Source: Chiloscyllium plagiosum (taxonomy: Eukaryota). From it: 64,000 nucleotides of DNA. The notes under the pieces are model-generated. The model did no database searches. It saw nothing but the letters and a program-made list of their open reading frames with translations, and was not told the DNA's origin. Location: contig NC_057711.1 of the NCBI RefSeq assembly GCF_004010195.1, positions 77,329,471 to 77,393,470 on the forward strand, read 5' to 3'. Positions 50,770-64,000 of this stretch are shown here, piece after piece; within the stretch, counting starts at the first letter, position 1; each line of letters begins with the position of its first letter. The position numbers were made by a program, and so were the translations under genes.

Positions 50770-51070
50770 CATGGTGGGTCAGTGGCTAGCACTGCTGCTC
50801 ACAGCGCCAGAGACCCGGGTTCAATTCCCACCTCAGGCAACTGTCGTGTGGAGTTTGCACATTCTCCACGTGTCTGCGTGGGTGTGCTCTGGTTTCCTCC
50901 CACAGTCCAAAAATGTGCAGGTTAGGTGAATTGGCCATGCTAAATTGCCCGTAGTGTTAGGGGAAGGGGTAAATGTAGGGGAATGGGTCTGGGTGGGTTG
51001 CTCTTCAGAGGGTCGGTGTGGACTTATTGGGCAGAAGGGCCTGTTTCAACACTGTAAGTAATCTAATCTA
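50770..51070 (+). mobile_element. HE1-type SINE
   Basis: B box ggttcaattcc, core and aatctaatcta tail. Confidence 0.9.
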
Positions 51071-52489
51071 AAAGCAGGAAAATGGCATTGAAATAAAAGA
51101 ACAGCCATGATTCTATTGAATGGCAGAGTGGGCTCGAAAGACCAAATAGCTTATTCCTGTTCCTAATTTCTATGTTCCTGTTTTTTTAGTGAAAGTAACA
51201 AGCAGAAAGGTTTTAATCAGTTACACTGAAGTGCTGCTGCATACTTGACAAATTGTTGTTAGGCACTTCACCTGTCTAGCACTGTGAGCTATACTGTCAA
51301 TGCATGAGCTTCCATGGAAACAGCACATGCAGCTACACCTTACATCCCTAAGGGGCAAGTGCAGTAGATACGCCAATGCTAACAGCTCCAACCAAAGCAG
51401 GGAACACCAGGAGCAACAGTATTGATTTTCTTCTTCATAGATATTTGTCCCTCCACAGAACAAAGGGGCTGCACAATAAGATCCTCTAGAAGGCAGCAAA
51501 ATTCCAACATAGGAACTGCAGGCAGAGGATCACCTCTCCCTAATAGATCTGGTATCAATGGTTCAGGAAATATGTGATCTCATGGCAAATTGCTGTTGAC
51601 ATCTACAACCTCTTCAAACAACACTACCATCCTGGTTGAGCAGACAGGCATGTATCGGCAGGGACTGATAAAGTGCCTTTTACTATAGGGGCAATAGTGC
51701 TTCGAAAAACCCACACCCTCTACCTCTCAAAAAATTGTGTACTGACCTCTGCCAGGAGAGAAATATAAAAGGAGTGAGCATTCATATGGCTTGTGTGAAC
51801 AGTAGGGAAGGAATTTTTTTGTGGAAGATGGTTGTTTGACAAGAGTGTGAGAGAGCAACAGAAAAAGGCTGAGTGTGCATGTTTCTGCTCATGTAGGTAT
51901 GTGAGGAATGGGTGGAGCTTAAAGGTACTTTCCACCTTTCCCAGTTCCCTAATATCTTTGATCCTCTTCATGTATTATTGCTGTTTGAAGTGACAACAGT
52001 CCTACTGCTCAGCTCTTCAGCCACATCAATGCAGGCTTGCCTTTTTTAAAATATGCAGCTGTGTTCCCTTGTCCTTTGAAGAGCTGACTTACCTTTGCAG
52101 GACCTTTTGAGTAAAAGTAGGAGACCAGGGGATTGATCTTCGCAGGTTTCCTCTCCATTATATTGACTGCTGCAGTCTCAAAAATCCAAGTGCTGGTGAG
52201 CCCTTATGACGCAAGCTGTCAATCCTCTCATCAGAAACTAAAATGATCAAAATATATTAAATCCTAAGGGAAGTGTAATGGTGGATTCTGAAATAATATT
52301 TTTCTTGTAAAAGAAACTTGAATTGGGTGAAACAGCTTAAAACCAAGAAGGCTTCCATCAAAGGTGGAGATACAGTGAACATTTTCCTCTCAGGGATTTC
52401 TAGATTATTGTTGGCATTTGCTTATTGGAATGAGCCTGAATATAGTCATTTTGAGTTGCAAGCACTGAAACAAACAACCTCGTATCAAG

Positions 52490-53380
52490 CACAAATGAAG
52501 ACTGTTCTGATTATCAGAGTTCAAAATTGCAGCTCCAGGACATCATTGTAGGTGGTTTTGTTTAGCGTAGTGTCTGCCCAGTTATCATCAGCTACTTCAG
52601 CAATGGTGTACTATCTATCACAATGTCAGATGTCCAATGCATAGTGCCTTGTAACATTTGCTCTTCAGACTCTTCAGATACTGAAGCAGTCCATTCTCTC
52701 ATTTAGCAAAGCTACTCATTTATCAAGCTTGGCTGATAAATGGTTAATAACATGTGCATTGTTCTGATGCATTGACCAGAAATGTAAATGGATAAGCCAC
52801 ATAAAAATTGTGGCTACAATTCCAGGTCAAAGGATGGGAGTTGTAGTGAGTGTCATATCTCTTCAATGTTTGTATACCATCTACAAGTTACAAGTCAAGA
52901 TGTAATGAAATATTTTCCACTTGACTGTCTGAATGTAGCTCCTACAATACTTAAGTTTAACACGATTCAGAACAAAGTTGTCCACTTAATTCAAACCGAG
53001 CTACTACCTTAAGCAGTTGTGCTATCCACCACTGGTGAATGATGGCTACAGTGCTCACCATTTACAAGATTTCACTGCAGCAACTCATCAAGATTTCTTC
53101 AACTATACTTTGCAAAATCATAAATTCTACTGCTTTAAAGGTCGAGGGCAACAGGTTGAAACACCACCAGCAAATTCCGCTTCACCGAGTTTGGAATTGT
53201 GCTATCACGTCTTCATTAGTTTTGGGACAAATACTGGAAATTTCTAGCTGGCAGCTCTATGAGAGTACTAACTTCAAAACCTACAGTGGTTCATGAAGAC
53301 AGGTAACTATCACCTTTTCAAAACAATTAGGAATAAGTAATAAATGCCAGCCTGGTTACTGATGTCTGAATCCAATTAAC
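52490..53380 (+). mobile_element. Old CR1/L2-clade LINE 3' fragment
   Basis: Degenerate match to 34592-35550. Confidence 0.6.
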
Positions 53381-55189
53381 TTTTTAAAAATGTTTTAATT
53401 AATCTGCTTGGCTGTAAAGATTTGCCAAAAGTATGGTATGTCATGAATATTTTAACATGCTGCGTAACTTATTTATAGATTACACATCTTTCGCTGTCTC
53501 ATATTATTTGACAAGTATCTCTATTGTGGAGCCCAGCTAGCTTAGGTAGATGGGATGGACTAAGGACAAGTTCCCAAGGGAGAACCTAATGGATTATGGT
53601 AACTTGAACTTCTCCCTGAGAAAGTAGAAGGATTGTATATTGGGGGATGGAGCTGATTCAATTTTATAGTGGATTTCCATTTGGTCCCTTCATAGATAAC
53701 TAGTTGATTGATTTATAACTGAAGATTCACAAATGTTTCAATCTTCCCAATTTAAAATTCTATACTCTGGTCTTGCATATCTCTTCTAAATATTTATCTT
53801 TGCAAGTTTGTGAATGTATGGTCAAAATATGCCTAATAGAGTATAGTGATCCATTCTGGATTTGATCAGTTTCCATTAAGCAGTTTCTTATTTTTCCAGC
53901 TATTTGGATTTAGGCTTACAGTTCTGTGGTTCTTGTATCAATGCATTTTTAAACAAATATTAAGAATCAACTTTATTGTTGATGAGTATCAGTTCTTTAG
54001 TTGTATTTTTGTTGAGGAATATACATTTTTCTCAACACTGTTGACTTTCTGTTTGCAACATACTGTCTGTCACTGTCCCTTTTCTGGTATTCACATCTCT
54101 GGCACATGTCCACTCCTATAATCCACTTTCTGTTTACATCTAACTTTCTTTCTTCATTCCTCCTATGTTTCAAAGGATAGTTAGCTGGGGCGTTCCTGAC
54201 GATTACTAAGGTTCCGTCCTTTTCTTCAGTTGGTTTGCACTTGTTTTCCCACCTGGCTGGTTTCTAGAAATGTTCTGACCTCTTTTCATTTTGAGTGCAT
54301 TGCCTTATTTTGCTTTATACAATTTAATGCCAAGGTTAAACTGTAATTTCAGAATTATTTCTTTTTGCACATCAATCATTTTCACAGCTTGTTTCATGAA
54401 CTGTTTTCAGGGCTTGGCTGAGTGTTCAACGCTGTGACAAAAGGGTCTACTGATTTCTCCTTTTTAGTGGCTTTTGTTAAAATGTCTCTCTTAAAAATTA
54501 CATGCTTTGCAAATGATCTCTGACTTTTTGTTTTTGGTTTATAACTCCCTTTCACTGTGTGATTTTAAATAAGGGGAATTTCTACTTTTACCCTCATTAC
54601 ATACAATGGACAGATCTGAACATCCTTATTGTATTCACAAAAAAAAGTTAAAATCTTTAAATAAATTTAACCATACCTCATTTAAAGTTAGAATTTCTGG
54701 GATACTTTTAATTCCAATGCTGCTTTTTATCCCTGTTTTGTTTTGTTTTTACCATAACTTGCCACACATTGCCCCAGCTGCATTTCACCCTTGGTTCTAT
54801 TTTTTTTAACTGGTTTTGCATATACCCTGGTTTTTTTTCTTTTTTCTCTATTCCACTTGACATTTGTGAGATGTTGTGGATTATTTTAACCTGACACCCA
54901 ACAAGTAATGTACAAGTGAGTTTTAATTAACACAAAGGCACTTCAGTCCAATATTTGCAACTCCATTACTGTCTGTTTCTAGTGCTAAATATCAAAGGAA
55001 GCTTTCCTTATCTCTGGGATACATGATGCAATGTATTAGCTTGGCTCTGTAACCTGGAAAACTCACCTACAACAATAATAGGAACTACCGTATGCTGTTT
55101 CTTCAGGAGAAAGGAAGATCTGGATAAATTGATTACTTCTTTACATCTTTTAATTTACCTTACTCAACACTAATCAAAAAAGATTTGAT

Positions 55190-56885
55190 AAAGTGTGGTG
55201 CTGGAAAAAGCACAGCATGTCAAGCAACCTCTGAGGAGCAACAGTGTTGATGTTTCAGGCTTATCCCTTCATCAAGATTGGGGAGGGTAAATGGAGCTGA
55301 GACATGAATAGAGAAGGGGGTGAGGCTTGGGGAAAAGTAGTTTGGATAGTAATAGCTGGGCGAAGGTACAAGGTGATTGTGATAGGTCGGTGGGAAGTGT
55401 GGAAGGTGGGAAGGAAGATGGACAGGTGGATCAGGTCAAGACGGCAGAGCTGAGTTGGAGGGTTGGATCTTGGATGGGTGGGGGGAGGAGTGATTTGGAA
55501 ACTGATGAATTCAGTGTTAAGGCCGTGTGGTTATAGGCTCCCAAAGTGGAAGATGAGGCGTTCCTCCTCCAGTTTGTGAGTGGCCTTGTTTAGGCAGCAG
55601 AGGAGGCCCAGAATGGACATGTCATGGAGGGAGTGGGAAGGGGAGTTGAAATGGATGGCTACAGAATGCTGGGGAGGTTGTTGGGCACGGACTACAGATG
55701 TTCCCTGAATCATTCCACAAGTTTGCACTCGGTCTCTTTGCTGTAGAGGAGACCACATCAAGGGCAACAGATGCAGTAAATGATGTTCGAGGAGGTGTAA
55801 GTAAATCTCTGCTGGATATGGAATGATCCTTTGTGGCCTTGAACGGAGGTGAGGTTGGAGGTGTGTGGGCAGGTTTTGCACCTCCTACAGTGGCAATGGA
55901 AGGTCTCAGGTGTGAAGAGAAGGATTGGTTGGGTGTCTGGACCTAATGAGGGAATCGTGGATGAATTGTCACTACAGAATGCAGATAAGGGTGGGAAGGG
56001 AAATATATTTTTGGTGGTAGGGTCTGATTATAGGTGGCAAAAATGGTGGAGGATGATTCGCTGGATTTAGAGATTAATGGGGTGGAATGTGAGGACCAGG
56101 GGATCTTATCCTTGTTGCAGTTGAGGGGGTAGGGTTCAAGGGCAGTGATGTGGGAAATGGAGGAGATACAATTGAGGGCATCATTGATACAGGGGAGGGG
56201 AAACTACAGTCCTGGAAGTAGGAGGACACCTGGGATGTCCTCACGTGGAATCGCTCATCCTGGGAGCAAATACAGTGGAGGTGGAGGAATTGGAAGTAAG
56301 GGATTGTGTTTTTACGGTGGGGGAATGGGAGGAAGTGTAGTCGAGGTAGCTGTGGGAGTCAATGGGTTTGAAGTAGATGTCAGTGTTAAATCAATCACAG
56401 GAGATGGAGAGATAAGGAAGGGGAGGGAGGTGTTGGAGATGGTCCATGTGAATTTGAGGCAGAGTGGAAGGTATTGGTGTAGTGAATGAACTGTTCAAGC
56501 TCCTAGTGGAAGCACAATGCAGTAGAGGAAAAGGTGGGGTATGGTCCCAGTATAGCTGTGGAAGAGGGACTGTTCCAGGTATCCTACAAAGAGGCAGACA
56601 TAGCTGGGACCCATGTGGGTGCCCATAGCTACCCTTCTGGTTTAGGAAGTGGGAGGATTGAAAGGAGAAGTTGTTTAGGGTGAGGACCAGTTCCACCAAT
56701 TGAATGAGTGTGTCAGTGGAGGGGTCTGGGTGGATTGGCAGGAGAGGAAGAAATGGAGGGTTTTGAGGCCTTCTTCATAGGGGATGCAGGTGTAGAGGGA
56801 TTGGATGTCCATGGTGAAGATTAGGTGTTGGGGGCTATGGAATCGGAACTCATGGAGGAGGTGGAGGGTGTGGGTGGTGTCTTGA
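55190..56885 (-). mobile_element. Penelope-like element, ~1.7-kb 3' portion (RT, GIY-YIG, pseudo-LTR)
   Basis: LIFTMDIQSLYTCIP, LVLTLNNFSF, NIIYCICCP*CGLLY; pseudo-LTR at 55190-55280. Confidence 0.9.
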
Positions 56886-58155
56886 TATTCAAATAACGTT
56901 TTATTAAGATTTTGACTTGTCACTACAACAAGTACCCCATACAACGTATCCGCTATAAACACAAACTTTAGCATATCCTTTAGCTTCAATTTTCCTTTCT
57001 AAAATAAACTGTTTCCAGATACTGATAATTTCCTTTGATTTAAATATTTTGTTTATCATCAGCAATACGTGCAACATGCCATTAGAGCAAAAATCTATGT
57101 TTCTCTAGGACCTATCAGTCAGCCAGGGATGAGAACAAAGTGCAGTTTAGCTTCCCATGGCAAATGCAAAACGTAAGGGAGAACAGTAACACTGTCGGCC
57201 TATGATAAATTTTATGTATAATCCATATATCAAAAGGTAAATCAGGAACTATCCGTAATATTATATCTTGTATCCAAATATGCTTTAGACACATTTGTAT
57301 GAAGATTATCAAATTAGTATATTCATGTTTTATATAAAAATCACTAAATCCGTTTTAATAATATGCATAGATGTTAGTAAGGCTTTTAGGACAGTTTTGC
57401 TTTAATGCATTATAATGATACTTTATTAAATATTTATCATTTCCATATGTTTTCAGTTCTTTAAATGATGTACAGTGCAAACTGTTTTGTGCTAGGATTC
57501 TAAGTTTTGACATTTGATTTTTATAGTTTGGGATTTTTGAGAGATTAAAATCAGAAATGTTTTCCACTAATACAGAATGAAATAATCTGTGCCAAAACCT
57601 CTTTAGCCACTGGTTACACTAGCATTGTTGGATAGGTGCTAATTGTATTCATAAATACATTATTCATGGTAGGTTTGGGTCTTACCCAGAAAAAAAATGC
57701 AGTTAAACATCTCTATACTAATTATATTTTAAAATGAGTTTTGCTTTTAGAAATGTTGTGTTCTTTCATGTAGGAGCTGTTGGTAGTAGCGAATGCAATA
57801 TTTTCAATTGCTCCTAACAAATGTCAGCATCAGGACTTTGCCTGGTCAGAAGGAAGTAGCAAAATATAGAGTATTACTGAATCGTCAAAAGCCTGTATTA
57901 GATCAGGCTGACTCTTGCATTTTCAGACCAGTCCATCCTCTTAGTGAGATCACGAACTTCATGCCAATTGAGTCCAAGGGATGCTGCGCCCTGACATTAA
58001 TGGCTCAATGTAAACACACCTGAGAAGGGAAAGCATGTACCTTTTTTTTTGGATTCCATGTACCTTTTTTTTTGGATTTTTCCTGAGAGAAGGCAAACAG
58101 CCAGCGAGTAATACAAATGTTAGATCAGTTCTTAACCAAAACTTAGTTCCTTGGG

Positions 58156-58283
58156 GAAAAAAAACGAAATTGCTGGAAAATCGCAGCAGGTCTGGCAGCA
58201 TCTGTGGAGAGAAACCAGTTGTTAATGTTTCGGCTCCAGAGATCCTTTTTCAGTTCTGATGCCAGTATTCGCAGTTCTTCTTT
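58156..58283. mobile_element. PLE pseudo-LTR mini-insertion (inverted arm plus short forward tail)
   Basis: Reverse of the 48970-49020/50366-50408 type; TSD ttagttccttggg (58143-55) / ttacttccttggg (58284-96). Confidence 0.8.
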
Positions 58284-58299
58284 TTACTTCCTTGGGAGA

Positions 58300-58650
58300 T
58301 GTTTCCTCGAGAGCCGAGCGGGAAATGGCAGCAGCAAACACAGCCAAGCCGCGATCCGGAATGACAACTGGAGCTGGAGCCGCAATAGCATGACCAAGGA
58401 AAGCTGAGCGAGCGAGGGGTTCTGCGGCCTATAGCAAGGAAATAATTTCAAGCACCCACGGATAATGGCTGGGAAACCCTCCCGGTTCCTGGTGGCGGGA
58501 ACGCTGCCCGCTTTCGAAGCTGCGGTCGGTAAAATTGCGTCTGGCCCCGCCTGGTGTAAAGTGTTTCCTCAGAAACATACTCCCCATCATTGATTCCACC
58601 GTAAGGTTCAGAAGAGACGGAACCAGCAGTACCCATAACTATTTTCGACT
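58300..58650. promoter_or_regulatory. Small CpG-rich island
   Basis: GC-rich with many intact CpGs against AT-rich, CpG-poor flanks; includes a GC-box-like ggccccgcc. Confidence 0.5.
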
Positions 58651-59454
58651 AATATTCAAATACTTTTTTTTTTACAAAAATCTCTCAAACTTCTGATAAA
58701 GCAACGTTTTTAAAAAAAAACAAGTAGATTTAAAATAATATTGATCACTCAAGTAAGTGTAAGCACTTTGAGGCCCATCTAACCCAGATTTGTTTTTAAA
58801 AAGAATCAATGCTTTTATCCAAACAAGACATTTTACGTTATTTCCATAAAATTGTTAGCCTTTAGATGTCCTATCTCCTTAATACACATGCCAGAAATCT
58901 ATTACATATTAAGGTGCCAAAATATTGTATTTAATCCATCGTTTCAGAATTTCATTTAAATTCACTGCATTGATCAGCTAGATTTTCAGAATAAACTATT
59001 TCAAGATTGTAGATTGAAATTATATTTCAACATTGACAAGGTGGCTTTTAAATTAAAGGCAATCATAAGTATTACCCAAATGCCCTTGAGGACTAAAGAT
59101 TATGTCCAATTAAAGTTTTTTTCTGCAATTAGAAACTAAAATGTATTCACATTTAATGTTTATGGAAAATAATATTGATATTTTAATAGCATGGGACGTC
59201 AAGAATTACTACCTCCTTCGAAGATTCATGAAAATGCTGAGGTACTAAAATTTGAACATGATTAATTTCTTATAAAAGTGTTGCTACTGTGTAATTTTGA
59301 AGAGACTTTGGCTGTATCAGTGCAACATGAGTATGTTTTCCATGTTAATGTGATTCTGTGTTAGATAATGGAGTTCATTTTTTGTCACAAGAGTATTCTG
59401 TATTTTATTTTTGGCTTTAACATCCCAAAACACACACAATGGCAATTAATCACA

Positions 59455-59605
59455 GCACTGTCATCATCACCATCACTGCCATAGTCATGATCATCAGCAC
59501 CTTTTTATCATTGTTACTACTTTCCTGCAACTGCCTCACTCATATCACCAGTATGACTGCCTGTATCAGCTAGTTTTTACAATCTATCACAACTGTCATC
59601 ATTCT
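59455..59605. repeat. Degenerate (CAT/CAC)n low-complexity tract
   Basis: tcatcatcaccatcact..catcagcacc. Confidence 0.5.
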
Positions 59606-60839
59606 GGGCTTCCTTCTATTATAGCATTGCATATTGACAGGATTATGTCCAGAAACTAATGTTATATTTAATGGTCCTGACTATTTAGTTAAATTGGTGT
59701 TTTTCATTATTTGTTAGCCATTCTCTTTTCAGCAACAACAAATTCATGTAGTTTTGTACTAAGTGTAAAGGGGAAGGGGGAGCCAATCACGGTGCTGCCA
59801 CTTCATCTTGCACAGTGAAGTACTCTGCAATACTAGCATACAAACTCATTAATGGTTTTGTTAAAATAACAGCCAGAGGAGTTTCAAATGGGTGTATTAA
59901 TGTGTTTATATATTAATATTGCAATTTCACCCCATTAGCAGTTGAATGAATCCACCAGCACAATTCTGTGACAATAGTGAAGCAATGGAGATTTAACTTA
60001 CTAGCAATATTATACTAAAAACATTAAATAGTCTATTACATAATTAAGATGATCAAATCAACATACACTCAAAGCAATAAATACATCTTGGTGCTATAAT
60101 CCCATGAAAATCATCATATAACATGTTCTTAGTTGGATTTGCCCTGGTATGTTTAGGGTTTTTTCTTACCTAATTGTATCAAGTCTCTGAAGGTGCAAAC
60201 ACATAAATGTCAGCAAATATCATGAACCTGCAGTAAATTTAACCAAATATATATTGATTACAGTATAAATTTAACCTGCAATTACACATCAGTAAATATT
60301 ATTTGAATTGCCCATGCACTTCAGATGTCAAGATTTTGATCATTTTGAACTCTCTGATGTGCCAATACCTACACTAGAATTTCAGAGTTGTCCAGTAATA
60401 ATAAATCAATTGATAATTTCTGTCTTGTGCTTTATAAGTACTGAATTTGTTAAATATTATCTGGTTGCAAAGACCTAGTTCAATGTTTAAGATAATGAGT
60501 TAGGAGTTTTGTTTTAGCAGTATATTTGTAAATTTGCTATTTGTATCAGAAGTGCTTCTTACATTTAGAGTGATCAAGGTTGGAAAAGAATGTGAATGGT
60601 ATTTCAAAAATAGAAAATTGACTGGAGAAGCTTGAGTAAATAAGGAAGGAGGATCGAAATAATAAGACAGAAAAGTCACTTCTAAAAATTAATATACTTT
60701 AATATGTTAAGTAAGAATAGTAGCACAGGAATTGACTGTGGAAGACAGATCCTGCAGGATGTGGAATTCCTGAGTTGCCAATACTCAATTTGGCAAACAA
60801 CTGAAGAACATGTCTCCAACTGAGATACAAGCTGAAGAT

Positions 60840-60950
60840 GGGGCTCTTATGGTGCCATGGTAATGTCCCTACCTCTGGACTAAATGTGTGCATTCAAGTC
60901 GCATTCGCTCCAGAGATGCATGATAACATCTCTGAAAAGGTTGATAAAAA
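60840..60950 (+). mobile_element. Short tRNA-derived SINE-like repeat
   Basis: Similar to the reverse of 42259-42370. Confidence 0.5.
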
Positions 60951-61429
60951 ATTACATACAAGTTAAAAATGCTGGAAATACTAAGCCAGTTAAGAAGTAT
61001 CTGTATCTAGAGAAACTTAATGATGGGCATGTATTTTCTGTTTGGGGTCTGGATCTCAATGATCCCTGAATTTCAGAGTCCCAACCGCACTTTCTTGCAT
61101 TAGATGCCCAATGCAATTTTTATATGGGTGGTCAATTAGTTGTCAGGGAATGTACTGAAATCCAACTGAGTTAAGTCTCACAAGGTTGGCAAAAAAAATA
61201 GGATGCCTTGCAGCAAAAAAGCATAATTACCCCACCATCCAAAATGGGAGCTTCGTGAAAGACAATACCTGACAGCAGTCTGACGGCAAGGTTTACAAAA
61301 AAAATTATGCTGTTATCACAGGGGACTTCCCCTTCACTGAAAGCCACTGTTGTGGCCACTAGCCTATTAGCCAAGCTTGGTGTAGGGGTACCACAGCTAG
61401 TATGATGTCACCTTGCCCATATCCTATTC

Positions 61430-62290
61430 GAGTCATAGAGATATACAGTACAGAAACATTCCCTTTGGTCCAACTCGTCCATGCCAACTATACATCCCAA
61501 ATAAATCTCGTCCTATTTGTCAGCATAAGGCCCATAACCATCTAAACCCTTCCTACAGATACTCATACAGATGCCTTTTAAATGTTGTAATTTTTCCAGC
61601 CTCCACCCCTTCCTCTGGGCTCATTCCATACACACATCATCCTCTGGCAGCTCATTCCATACACACATCATCTGCCACACAGATCCTTTTCATATCTTTC
61701 CCCTCTCACCCTAAACTTATGCCCTCTAAGTTTTGGACTCTGGTAAAAGACTTTGCCTATTTACCCTATTCATGCCTCTCATGACTTTATAAACCACTAT
61801 AAGGTTGGCCCTCAACCTCTGAGACTGCAGGGAAAACAGCCCCAGACTATTCAGCCTCTTCCTATAACTGAAAGCCCCCAACTTTGGCAATATCCTTGTG
61901 AATCTTTTCTGCACCCTTTCCAGATTCACAACGTCCTTCCTATAGCAAAGAGATCAGAATTGCATGCAGTATTTTAATGGTTCATGTGGAAACTTTGTAA
62001 CGAGTTAAGCAAATCAAGGTTTGGTTTGTCAACATATCTGAGATGAATGGCCAGCCTCCTCGATGAATGTCAATGTGACAGCACAGTCTGTCTTCAGAAA
62101 AATCAGTAATGGCCAAGACTGAGAGAGAATTTGACAAGGTCAACACTGGGAGGCAACTCCCTGGGGCCGTGGAATCTAGTGAGTGTGTATGTACGCACGT
62201 GGTGGGGAGGGTGGAGGGGGAACCAATGTCCTGTACAGTCGTAACATGACCTCCCAACTCCTATACTCAATGCATTGACCAATAAAGACA
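61430..62290 (-). mobile_element. CR1/HER1-type LINE 3' part, interrupted at 61981-62220
   Basis: LERVQKRFTRILP..LGLFSLQ..; IGQCIEYRSWEVMLRLYRTLV; tail gagtcatagag. Confidence 0.88.
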
Positions 62291-64000
62291 AGATGGCGGC
62301 GACCCGGCAAGTCTGAGTCTATAGTGCTCCTCCCAAGACTTGGGCAAAGTGGGCCACCTGCCTCCACCACACTTACCAAATCATTTAAAATAGTTTTTAC
62401 TTAATGTAATTAGTTGCTCAGTACTAAATTTAAACAGTATAGTCTCCTGTAACAATGACAAAAGGGAAAGGAGCCCTCAGTTCTCAGCAGGCAGGAACCC
62501 CTCCCTCACCCTCCCCAGTTGCAACATAGGCGTCCGCAGCCATCCCAGGGGACTTACCTACGGCGGCGAACCTCGTGGAAATAATCTCCAAACTTGACGC
62601 AAAGATCGCACCTTCATCAATGAGTCCCGGAGCAGATGGAATTCACTCTCGGCCGCGCTACAAAAGTACAACCAATGCATCGAGGAAATTGAGCGCCGAG
62701 TCGGAGGGGAGGAGATAAAGGCCGCAACCTCTGAGACTGCAGCAGAATCAGTCATGGGTCGGGTCCGGACTCTCGAACAGCGAGTCCAGACCTTATAAAA
62801 TCACATCGACGACCTTGAGAATCGAGGTTGTCGAAAAAATATTTGTTTGCTGGGCCTTCGCGAACGGGAAGAGGAAAGCCAGCTTACAGTTTTCCTCGTG
62901 CAGTGGCTTCCACAGCTGTTAAATCTGGAGGCTGGATCAGGCCAGGTAAGGGTGGAATGGGCCTACCAGATTGCAATATGCGGGCCTGGCTCAAACCAGC
63001 GCCCCCGCCTGGTCCTGTTCCGGCTGCAGAACTACAAGGAGAGGCAGATACTCTTAGAAGCTTCCAGAAATCTTGGGAAAGATCCCCAAGCCATGATTTA
63101 TAAAGGATCCAAGATCATGTTATTTTAGGACTTTTCCCCAGCTTTGGTCTGAAAGAGGAAGGCATTTGATGAAGCGAAGAAGCGTTTAAGGGACTTAAAC
63201 ATTCAGTACTCCTTGTGCTACCCAGCGACGCTACACTTTAGCCATGAAGGGTCTGTGTACAACGTCGGATCGCCGGAGAAGGCCAAAGAATTTTTGGACT
63301 CTCTTAGATAAATTGTAAGAGTTAATTTGAGTGGTGAATGATGTTGTTTTGCCCTCCCCCCACCCCAGTTTACCCCCTTTTTTTTCCCTTTCATTACCTT
63401 ACTGTTTAATATTATCCTCGGAGGGTGGGGAGAGAGGTTTATTTATTTGTTCTTCACTTAGTGATTTTTCTGCCCCCTTTTTTTTGTGTATATATAGGCC
63501 GGGGGGTCTAGACAATGTAGGTGGGGGGAGATGGTTACCTTATCTTATTTTATCTGTCTTTAGGAGCGGGGTTGTTTTCCCACTGTTATTTTGTATTACT
63601 ATCTTTAATTATTATTTGTTGAGACTGTAATTTTATAGTTATATATGTTCATATATGGTATTAACATTACCAAGTATATCCAGATGTTGGTGTGGATGGG
63701 GGGGGTAGGGTTGGGTAGGGTATTAACTGCTAACTCTAGCTCTGTAGTATATTTGAATTTTCTTTATCCTATCGTGGGGTGCCTGGGTCAAGGGTGGGGC
63801 ACTGGTTGGGAGAGGATATGATGAGCTTTTGGAAAGGAAGTGATGCCCCCGGGAACAAGGTGGAAAATCTCCATTTAAATACTTTTTTTTAGAATAGTTT
63901 TTTATTATATTGATGTGAGTGTATTAAAGAGCCTTTATTTTTGTGAATTTTATATGCTCTATGCTCGGGATGTTTTGGATAGGGTTTGTTTTCCTGAGGG
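62290..64000 (+). mobile_element. L1/Tx1-type LINE 5' portion: 5' UTR, disrupted ORF1 (~62455-63308) and downstream spacer
   Basis: Starts aagatggcgg; coiled coil then DLENRGCRKNICLLGLRE..RPRLVLFRLQNYKERQ..DFSPAL (L1 ORF1); in-frame stops. Confidence 0.85.

Larger units (their letters stand above)
47260..51185 (+). mobile_element. Old CR1-type LINE (47260-47727, resuming ~50410-51185), host of nested elements
   Basis: [10 protein letters not shown] before the nest; RMRGDLI and CR1-like 3' tail after it. Confidence 0.72.

Noticed and set aside
53520..54600. Possible - strand L1 ORF1 remnant
   Set aside because: Composition is suggestive but no unambiguous motif was found.

Overview
Repeat-rich vertebrate DNA, almost certainly from a cartilaginous fish (shark): it carries HE1-type tRNA SINEs, HER1/CR1 LINEs and a SacSINE1/Deu-domain SINE. 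I find no host protein-coding exon, RNA gene or CRISPR array that I can support; the ORF track is mostly decayed transposon reading frames or noise. Contents: several Penelope-like element (PLE) families with hammerhead-like motifs in their pseudo-LTRs, two decayed Gypsy copies, a Gmr1-type Gypsy (integrase upstream of RT), a hAT transposon split over 9 kb by later insertions, Rex1/Babar, L1/Tx1, CR1-type LINEs, a Tigger-like MITE, solo LTRs and one assembly gap. Repeat-poor blocks (about 31.4-32.2, 42.4-47.2 and 57.7-60.7 kb) look like non-coding regulatory DNA of a gene desert or large intron. Most notable: (i) short fold-back, hammerhead-bearing PLE-derived insertions with 13-15 bp target-site duplications (TSDs), seen repeatedly; (ii) a 7.15-kb PLE-bounded block inside one 16-bp TSD that contains non-PLE DNA; (iii) deep nesting that gives a relative chronology of insertions. 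Coordinates of old repeats are approximate (tens of bp). Family names come from motif recognition by eye, not from database searches.
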